NCBI GenBank assembly: GCA_002633005.1
Contig: NMRA01000150.1
Location: 437,707-501,706, forward strand
Reading direction: 5' to 3'
DNA: 64,000 nt
DNA from: Phoronis australis
Lineage: Eukaryota; Animalia; Phoronida
Part shown: positions 1 through 10,500 of the stretch, piece by piece
Layout of the letters: each line of letters opens with the position of its first letter
How positions within the stretch are numbered: position 1 is the first letter of the stretch
Notes under the pieces: model-generated
The model's input: the letters and a program-made list of their open reading frames with translations, nothing else
The model's database searches: none
What the model was told of the DNA's origin: nothing
Program-made: the position numbers and the translations under genes

Positions 1-1575
1 ATCCGCCACTGCAGTCCGCGGGTGGCTTAAGTTAAAAACTGCCAGTTCCAAGCCAGCTAGGCTAAGGCTAAAAGTCAGAAAATCTATCCGACACAACTCG
101 AACTCCATATGAATAGACAGAAATCCGTTTATAAGCTTTGAGCTGGATGCACACCCTAACTGCATTGCGCTGTACGCCTGGGCACTCGGTCGTCGGAAAA
201 TCTCCCGCCGACAGCCTGATCGACATCAGTTTATTTATACTACATCCTGTTGATCAACTCAGTCCCTGCTCACCAACAATGCTTCAGTTTCCAATAACGA
301 TCTTCTTTAATCTCTTTAGGAAAAGTATCGATATCTTTACTGTTATAAACTCAAACTAGACCTACCGTATTGATATACTCAACAATAAAAATTGCTACTG
401 GTTTTATGTAATTCGACCCGTTGCTTCACGATGCAAATTTTGACTTTGGACTACGTGAAGATTCAGATTCTCTCCTCCGACGGTAGTTCCCGGCACTCAC
501 CATGACGGCGACATCCCGTACTGTTGCTCCCAACTTGTTCGATTTTATAGCCAAACAAGTTGGGAAGTTTACCCTCGTAGCCAATATCTTACACGACTAA
601 TTAACTCCATTCTGGCATTTATGGTTGGAGGGCCTGCGCTCTTTTGTTCGATAATTGCTCTAATGTCCGATCAGATCGTATCTAGCCTGCATGTCTGAGC
701 TGGGCTGATAAAAATGAAAGTTAAGTTATAACACTTATTTGAGCGTAAACCAATAGAATTTCTGAATTCCTCGCCAAATGCTTATCATATTCCGTTTTTG
801 AATCACCAAAATCGCCCAACTACAACAGAATTTAAGACAATCTATTCTGTCCAAACGGATTACGAACGCACTGGGTTTGACTGTGTTCTGCCAGTGAATA
901 CGCGTTTGGTAATAGCGTGCAACCATACGTTTCCTTTGAAGCCTGGGAGATAATTGGCCTGCTTGTTATATCATACGGGACAAAAGACTGAGCTGGGCAG
1001 TTAACAAAAGAGCCAGATGTTATCGCACGTTCAGCACCCCTCACGTCTGGAAAAGTTACTGAACGACACCGCTGTAAGTGCGATGGTGTATTTTTCACAT
1101 TTTTGGGTTCACATGACGTGACTGAAACATAAGAACTACCACCACAACATATTGCTGCATTTTTCAGATCATCGGAACGAGGTTGGGATTTTCACTCGCG
1201 TGCCGGTCACACGTCCATACTCATTGAAATGTATACATGAATTTTACGGCTGAAAACAGACGAATCCTTAGTTAAAATTTGGGATTGTTGTTATTCTTCA
1301 ACAAACGATAGAAATACCGAATGGGTGGACGTAAGTTGGCCAGAGCTAGAAAACAACATCCTCTTCACCGAGTTACACGGAGTTTCAGAGGAAGCAACGC
1401 ACAACATGATCATTTTGTGACTACCGGCGCGCGCTAGCTGGTTCGACTGAAAATTTTCTTTTGAATAGACACTAGGTGGTGCGTGTGCAAAATTTTAGTT
1501 CTTTTGAACTGAAGACGAAGAACGGCATAACCGTGGGAAAGCCGGTTGAGCATCAGCAAAATCATTTTATCACCA

Positions 1576-4500
1576 ATGTCTTCGGTCCAACCAGTTCCGT
1601 TCACTGCTGCCTTAGTGGTGAGTTGGTTTAGTTGTATGAGTACATGTATTCCATTTGTTGGTACAATATCATGATTCCAAAGACAGGACTAGCCAGCTAG
1701 CAGCATGACAAGAATCTTAGTCGTCGGCGGTTACGTTGTCGTTGACACCTACACTAACACTAGATAGAAGTAGAACAGAGGTACACCGGCTTAGGAGGCC
1801 GTCTATGTCTTTGGTTTCTTCCATCTCAAACAAATACTCCCTGCATTATCAAACTTTTCTTCTAGCAATCCTTCGTTAAGTTCCCAAAATTGATAACTGA
1901 CCATTTTTAACACTGCATGTGACAGGTGGTATGACGTCTGATATTCCCTGGCGTGTGCAGTGTAAAAATGGTCAGTTACCGATCCTAGGCTAGGAACTGA
2001 ACGAGGGACTACTCTAGAAAAAAGTTTGATAATGCTGGGAGTATTTGTTTAAGTTGATAGGAATTAAAGACATCAGCAGCCTAGCTGCTAAGATGACCCT
2101 CTACACACAAAAGCCATTTATAACAACGTGACTTTGATGTTTTAGTTGGTGGAACTTTATAGACAGTGACCATCTCTTGCAGCTGGCCCCAATAGTAATA
2201 CCGACTACAGTAGTCAGTAGAATCTGTGAAGCCAGGGGCAGATGCCGGATTTTGAGTTGGGGGGGCGGGAAGGGCACAGGAATAACCAGAATTTCGGCAG
2301 ATGTGTTGTGAAATGTGCTTCTGATGAATCATATATGAGCCTCTGTTAGCCACTCGCTAAGGGGCAATTGCCTATTAGCTGAATGGTTAGCACGCTCGTC
2401 GGTTAAATCGGGGTCGCTGGTTTGATTCCCGAGGTTGGGCAAACTCGGCTAGTACGACAATTGGCGTAGTCGGCAAAAGGATGATATACCGATGAAGTGC
2501 TTCACGGAGCCTCGGACCTGAGATAGCACGCTTGATGGTGAACCTAGACCAGGAGTCGAGGACCTTAATGCGAGACAATCTTGGGGTTCATCTGTTGGGC
2601 GGCTATTCTGGGAGGTAAAAATCTTAGAGTAAAATCTTGTGACGTAGTCCAGGAGTAAAATCCTGTGATGAACCCAGGAGTAGAATTCTGTGTTCACCTG
2701 CCAGGTGGCGCGCTTGTTCGTAGGAAAGGGGGTCGTTGCGAAATGTGCTTCCGGTGAATCATATATGAGCCTCTGTTGGCCACTCGCTAAGGGGCAATTG
2801 CCTCTTAGCTCAATGGTTAGCACACTCGTCGGTTAAATCGGGGTCGCTGGTTCGATTCCCGAGGTCTGGCAAACTCTGCTATTACGACAGATGCGCGCAC
2901 CCAGCCTAAAGTGTAGGGGTACAGGGGTCTTGAATTTTTGGGTTTGCGGACCTTTTGACTGAAGAAAAGGTAAACAGGGGGGGCATGGCCCCCTTGGCCC
3001 CCCCCTAAATCTGCCACTGGAAGCTTCTATGTGTAAGAGAACACAATCGCCACTCAAGCTTGAATATAATCTGTTATAATCGTCAATATGATTCGTTTCT
3101 GATCTTTCTGTGGTGTCTTGTGATTTTTCAGTTTTGTGTGTTTGTTTTATTTACACTTCTGGTGGGAGGCTGCTAGCAGTCTTTCAGTGTGCTGTCAGGC
3201 CGGCAGGGATGAGCACCCTGATTGGGTAGCCGTGTTTTAACTGGTGATTACTTCTGGAAGCCTATAGCTAGTGAACCTGTAGGAATACAACAAACCCAAT
3301 CTAGGTGCTCATCCCTGAATCGTGATGGCTGAAAGCCTGTCAGCAGTCTCCACTAGGAGTATAAGTAACACAAAGATTCGGGAAACCAGGCACCTGGTAC
3401 ATCACCTCCAATCATTAATCCCACTCTGTTGCTAACCATCACCTTCTCTAGTAATTGCTGCCCCTTGCTTACCTTCCTCATCTCCCGTTATCACTGCCGT
3501 CTTGTTTACCATCACCTCCTAGTATCGTCATCCCCTTGCTAGCCATCACTTCCTTCCCGCTAACAACGCCCTCTGGGAGCCATCCCCACGTCACTGTGCT
3601 TTTAAGAACTCTTCATTAATTGCAATTGCTCTTGTAAAAATGAACAAAACTGCTGAGTTGTGTTTTGTTTTCATCCTCAGACAAAAATCATGATTAGATT
3701 CTGGTTAATGTATGTACTTATTTGTACATTTAAGTTTGGAATGTTTACTTTTAGGNTCTGTTGGGCGGCTATTCTGGGAGGTAAAAATCCAAGAGTAAAA
3801 TCTTGTGACGTAGTCCAGGAGTAAAATCCTGTGATAAACACAGGAGTAGAATTCTGTGTTCACCTGCCAGGTGGCGCGCTTGTTCGTAGGAAAGGGGATC
3901 GTGGTGAAATGTGCTTCTGATGAATCATATATGAGCCTCTGTTGGCCACTCACTAAGGGGCAATTGTCTATTAGCTGATTGGTTAGCACACTCGTCGCTT
4001 AAATCGGGGTTGCTGGTTCGATTCCCGAGGTCAGGCAAACTCGGCTATTACGACAGATGCGCGCACCCAGCCTAAAGTGTTGGGGTGCAGGGGTCTTGAA
4101 TTTTTGGGTTTGCGGACCTTTTGACTGAAAAAGGTAAACAGGTTTGCTGTTCAGGGCCTATTCATTGTTTATTCACCCCCCACNCTGAGCCCCCTGGTTG
4201 TGCACATGTGCTAGTCAGCGATTCGCACCCAAACTGACAAATGGTATCTGATAGAATTTTAAGGGGGGCATGGCCCCCTTGACCCCCCCTAAATCTACCA
4301 CTGGAAGCATCTATGTGTAGGAGAACACGATCGCCACTCAAGCTTGAATAAAATCTGTTATAATCATCAATATCATTCGTTTCTGATCTTTCTGTGGTGT
4401 CTTGTGATTTTTCAGTTTTGTGTGTTTGTTTTATTTACACTTCTGGTGGGAGGCTGCTAGCAGTCTTTCAGTGTGCAGTCAGGCTGGCAGGGACGAGCAC

Positions 4501-7500
4501 CCTGATTGGGTAGCCGTGTTTTAACTGGTGATTACTTCTGGAAGCCTATAGCTAGTGAACCTGTAGGAATACAACAAACCCAATCTAGGTGCTCATCCCT
4601 GAATCGTGATGGCTGAAAGCCTGTCAGCAGTCTCCACTAGGAGTATAAGTAAGACAAAGATTCGGGGAACCAGGCACCTGCTACATCACCTCCAATCATT
4701 TATCCCACTCTGTTGCTAACCATCACCTTCTCTTGTAATTGCTGCCCCTTGCTTACAATCCTCATCCCCCGTTATCACTGCTGTCTTGTTTACCATCACC
4801 TCCTAGTATCGTCATCCCCTTGCTAGCCATCACTTCCTTCCCGCTAACAACGCCCTCTTGTGAGCCATCTCCACGTCACTGTGCTTTTAAGAACTCTTCA
4901 TTAATTGCAATTGCTCTTGTAAAAATGAACAAAACTGCTGAGTTGTGTTTTGTTTTCATCCTCAGATAAAAATCATGATTAGATTCTGGTTAATGTATGT
5001 ACTTATTTGTGCATTTAAGTTTGGAATGTTTACTTTTAGGCTGGGGCTGGTGCAGGCTTGTCGGTGGACATTGCTCTGTTTCCAATTGACACGGTTAAAA
5101 CAAGATTACAGAGTGCCGAGGGTTTCATTAAGTCAGGAGGCTTCCGTGGACTCTACTCAGGCTTTGCTTCAATTGCTGTCGGATCTGCTCCTTCAGGTTC
5201 TTGTGTCTTCTTTTTTATGATCTTTTCATGCAAATATTTCTTAAAACCAACTGTATTAAAATTTACAAATTCCATCCACAAAACCGAATATTGTAATTGT
5301 AATTTTTAAAAAAAAATCTTTCTTACTGCAGTGCATGTTTTTTTAGCTTCAAAGTGTTTAAATACGTCTTATGATTTTATGTGTTTTATCCGTTTTATTT
5401 GCTCACTGCTATTGGTGCGCCTCCTGTTGTCACTAATCTGACATCTTTGTCCTGTCTAGCTGCCACCTTCTTCTGTGCGTATGAAGCCACCAAGACGATC
5501 ACATCTCAGTTTGTCACCAAGGCCCACCAGGCGCCCCTCCAGCACATGTTTGCTGCCTCACTGGGTGAAGTGGTTAGTGCATTGTTAGTAATAGGCAGCG
5601 AGTAGGAATGTACCTCAAAAAACAGCTTGGACATTGGACGTGCGTTTATCTATGATCCTTCAAAAATGTGTTTTCATTATTTCCACAACTCTATGTTACC
5701 TTCAGAAGTTTTAACATTTCCACTGCAGCTCTATACTGTTATCATTTAACAAGATATTTCAGTGATGACTTTGTTGGAAATAACCAAAGTCACAGTAAGA
5801 CTGCTTTAATGACACAGTATCGCAATTTTGCCCAGACGTATATTCGGTTTCATTTGACGTTTTTGAAAGGTCATTTTTCGGGGAATTCCCAGTATTCCAA
5901 GTTAGGCCTGTAGCTATGCACAGATTTCACTACAGAATAAAGATTATTTGGTTGCAATACAACTTATGGTTTGATTGTGTCAGAGATTATAGATATACAC
6001 ACAAGTTTTTCATTATCAAAATATTAACAATTTTAAGCTATTTATGAAGCAGACGTCTTATCCAGGTGTCTTTTACCTTCTAAAACAGTTTGGGGTAGTG
6101 GGATTTGAATCCACAAGATGCCTTAATCGGGGACCTAACTGCATGGTCTGGTGGGATTCTATGCAACCCAGGATCTTTAGATTGACAGGTGGCAGCTGTA
6201 TCACTGGCCCACTTTGACTCCAAATTACAATGTGAAAAACATGAGTTACTTCCATGAAAAGTCTGATTATGATGCTATGGAGTAACTGTTACCCCTGCCA
6301 GAGGTGTGCAATCTCTAAATGTTGTGGAGGGACTGTGACCCCTGCCAGAGCTGTACACTCTCTAAATGTTATGGAGGGACCGTGACCTTTGCCACAGGTG
6401 TACTCTCTGAATGTGTATTTATTCTTACCAGGTTTATTTATTATGTTATTTTTACTTTTATATTTTCATATGGCAGTTGCCATTACTCGTTGCAGGCATC
6501 CTGCGTGGTTCGTGTGCCAACAGAGGTCATCAAGCAGAGGGCGCAGGCCACGCCAGGAGTGACATCTATGGGTGCACTCAGGAGTACACTTCATGCTGAG
6601 GTATGCGCTCTTGATTCAGTCAAGCATTGTCTTACCAGTGTTGAGCTTACAATATAATCAAGCAGTGTGTCTTACTTGCGTTGGGTTTGCAACAACATAA
6701 CCAAGCATTGACCTTTATCAGTGTTGAGCTTGCAACAATTTAACCAAGCATTGACCTTTATCAGTGTTGAGCTTGCAACAATTTAACCAAGCATTGGCCC
6801 TTATCATTATGAGCTGACAATGAAAAATACACTTGCTAGTGTTGTTTTGACTTAAAAAACAGACAAAAGCTGACCCACCTCCTGATCTCTTAAGCCTCAT
6901 GAATATGGTAATACTTTCCCTCTGTGATAAGTGGCCCTGGACATGAGTGTCAGTGTAAATGTCATGAAACTGTTGTCATGGTGATAATTCGCCCACAATA
7001 CACATGCAGAATTAATCAGGTGTGTCTGAAGAGCCAGGTGTGTGTTCAGGTGTTGTCATGCATGTTTGATCTTAGAGATTGTTTTTGTCATCACTTTTAC
7101 ATGTGCAGTAGTCATATTATTAGTGACTCATGTGTAAGCTATGTCTGGGTAAATTATATCTGTGTCATCATTGTTACATGTGTAATACAGTCATAGTTAA
7201 GCAATAAGAAAGGTACATTGCTAGTAAAAGAGTGGTATCAATAACATGATCAGATTTCATTTGTTATAATTCAAAATGAAGTATAGAAAACACTATTACA
7301 GTTCTGTAATTCATCATTTTGTTTTTGTTTAGTTCAACTTCTGAAGTTATTGAAAAAATCTCATATTTCTGATATCCCCTAATGCAAAATTTGAACATTT
7401 TAAAAAACAATTATTCACATTGTAGTGAAGGGTCTGTTGAAATCCTCTGTTTCAATGAAATTTTGTACAAAAAGATTGCTCTTGAATTGCTGAATAAACC

Positions 7501-10500
7501 GTAAATGGGGAAATCAAACTATTCAGCTATCAGGTGGTTGAAACACCTGGCATTATTCAAATACCTGTCATTCTATCTTGTTTGTCATCAGATGAAACCA
7601 TTTTTCAGCTTGAGGAACTGATGAGTGAAGAAGAGTTCATTTTCCTTTCAGGGTTTCCATGGTTTGTATCGAGGGTTCATGAGTACTGTAATGAGAGACG
7701 TGCCATTCTCAGTATTAGAGCTCCCTCTATGGGAATATCTCAAGGTGAGATTCACAGACTAACAGTTGTTATAGATTGTTATGTAGCATTTGATCTACTG
7801 AAGTGAGGACGGAAAACATTTGAACTTCATGTTTCAGCATCTTAGTATAAATTTTGAAAATATAAAGGTTGGTTTTCTGACATTCACATTTTCTTAAATA
7901 GTGCATAGTATTTTTTACTATCTTACAAGTTAGTTTAGAAACTGGTGAGTGGTTGATTGGCTAGCTGTGCATTCCCTGTTTTGTAGACAGTGTGGGGAAG
8001 GATTCAGGGTCAAAAGGTCACAGCTACACAGTCTGGAATATGTGGTGCCCTAGCTGGTAAGAATTCTTTATTCAAAAGAATGTTTGAGTGGAAACATAAC
8101 ACACTGCCTGTTTGTATAGGTAGAGCAAGGCAGCCATCAGTTGTTGTGTGGAACTGGACATTTTGTACCATGCAAGCTGGTGGCCTCAGAGGCCCTAACT
8201 GGGTATTTTGTATCATGCAAGCTGGTGGGCTCAGAGGCCCTGACTGGGTGTTTTGTATCATGCAAGCTGGTGGACTCAGAGGCCCTAACTGGGCGTTTTG
8301 TACCATGCAAGCTGGTGGGCTGTGAGAGGCCCTAACTGGGTGTTTTTTACCATGCAAGCTGGTGGGCTCAAAGGCCCAACTGAGTGTTTTATACCATGCA
8401 ACCTGGTGGACTCAGAGGCTCTAACTGGGTGTTTTGTACCATGCAAGCTGGTGGGCTGAGAGGCCCTGATTGGGTGTTTTTTACCATGCAAGCTGGTGGA
8501 CTCAGAGACCCTAACTGGGTGTTTTGTACCATGTAAGCTGGTGGACTCGGAGGGCCTAACTTTGAAGCTGATTTTGATGAAACAGGTAGACATGCCAAAA
8601 CACTTGTATTCTTGTACTCTTGTGTCCTTCGTCTAAGTATGTTGGTAATAGTGCTGTGTATACCTATTTGTCAGTATTTTGGACATGATTTAGCAAGGCA
8701 TGTGCTTTTAAGGTTATTTGTAGTAGAACATCCAATCTCTTTCTATGGACAATGCACCATGTTTCTGTATATCTTTCAACAGTAGCTTTGTCTCGGGTAA
8801 ATTGCCCACTTAAAGAATAGTTTTGTTGACAATTTTTGTTCTCGTCTAAGAGCTACAGTAAAATGTCAACAATTTTGAACAATAATAATTTCCAAACTTG
8901 ACCTTTTCTCATTTTCAAAATGCGCGTAACATGAATACCCACACTTTCCAAAAACATTGTCCGGTAACAGTAACTATGTCATACTTGTCAAAACTGACCA
9001 ATCCTTTTTATTTTGTTACTTAAATGAAAAGATGTATAAATGTAATCATCGTAACCCCAACCTTAAATGTATTACTGTTGTCCAAGACCTCCATCACCAG
9101 ATCTGTGATGAGGACTTCAATATATTAAGTCTACACCTGGAGAAGTGGAAGTGCAGGATATGAGAAGCTATTGAGATCCAAGCCCATAGACCTGGTCTGA
9201 ACAGAGATCCGGGACTTAATCTACCTGCAGTGTATTCAGATCTGTTACAGTATTCCCCCCGACATTTGTAAATCCTCAGTTTTGTTTTTATTGTTTTCTA
9301 CTACGTCAGAGGGCATACGCAGTGGTGAATCAAGTCCATGAGATGTGGATGAAACGGCTGTACACTGCCCACATCAAGGTACGGTTTCTGTGGTTCCAAA
9401 ATGGATCTTTACTCAATATTTTCATAAATTCACTTGTTCTCCATATTTTGGCCTAAATTGGTGAGATTTTACCTTTTGTATTGTTTCAGGAGCAAGTGCT
9501 GCTGCTTTGACTACTCCACTAGATGTTGCTAAAACTCGTATCATGTTAGCTCAGGTACAAGTGAAGGTTTTTATTACTAACTGGTACAAGTGAAGGTTTT
9601 TATTAATAACTGCATGTGTGTGCACCTGTATGTTCCCCACTCATCCGAGATCTATGTCCATGTTCTTGTGTCCCCTGATGGCTGTTCCCCACTCATCCGA
9701 GATCTATGTCCATGTTCTCATGTCCCCTGATGGCTGTTCCCCACTCATCCGAGATCTATGTCCATGTTCTCATGTCCCCTGATGGTTGTACCCCACTCAT
9801 CCGAGATCTATGTCCATGTTCTCATGTCCCCTGATGGTTGTACCCCACTCATCCGAGATCTATGTCCATGTTCTTCTGTCACCTGATGGCTGTTCCCCAC
9901 TCATCCGAGATCTATGTCCATGTTCTCATGTCCCCTGATGGCTGTTCCCCACTCATCCGAGATCTATGTCCATGTTCTCATGTCCCCTGATGGTTGTACC
10001 CCACTCATCCGAGATCTATGTCCATGTTCTCATGTCCCCTGATGGTTGTACCCCACTCATTCGAGATCTGTGTCCATGTTCTTCTGTCACCTGATGGCTG
10101 TTCCCCACTCATCCGAGATCTATGTCCATGTTCTCATGTCCCCTGATGGCTGTTCCCCACTCATCCGAGATCTATGTCCATGTTCTTGTGTCCCCTGATG
10201 GCTGTACCCCACTCATCCGAGATCTATGTCCATGTTCTTCTGCCACCTGGTGGCTGTTTTATTTACTGTGATAACATTAAGTAATGGCCTTCCTTAGTGG
10301 TTCACTGTTTGCTTGTCATCAATGTCATCACTTGTCAATACTCAGTGCTGCCCTCATTTTGATTAAAAAATAACATAAAACTACTAAAAACAGTAAGTGA
10401 ATCATTAGGAAACTGGGCTTGTCAGTGGTATAGTTGGATAATGCTCCTCCATGTCAACAGGTGGCATTGTCCACCCTTGATATCTCAAAAGTTGATCTAA

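Larger units (their letters stand above)
2233..3019. mobile_element. Non-autonomous DNA transposon (MITE) with CAG(G/T)GGCAGAT terminal inverted repeats, hosting a nested TRIM
   Basis: Begins CAGGGGCAGATGCCGGATTTT...GGGGGGG and ends CCCCCCCTAAATCTGCCACTG. Flanked by direct repeat GAAGC at 2228-2232 and 3020-3024. Confidence 0.7.
2591..5040. repeat. Near-identical tandem duplication 2591-3755 / 3757-5040 joined at an N (probable allelic overlap artefact)
   Basis: Copy A ends at ...tacttttagg then N at 3756. Copy B restarts at tctgttgggc and ends at the same tacttttagg (the exon 2 acceptor). The copies differ by scattered SNPs and by an extra segment at ~4142-4262 that contains another N. Confidence 0.8.

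Noticed and set aside
1-1450. Divergent gene upstream of SLC25A26 (ORFs 832-1098 and 735-926; ATG|GTGAGT on the minus strand near 500)
   Set aside because: No recognisable protein motif or supportable exon chain within the window.
2370-4037. Three tRNA-like sequences as genuine tRNA-Asn genes or ordinary SINEs
   Set aside because: The acceptor stem does not pair, and all three sit at the same position inside TRIM LTRs.
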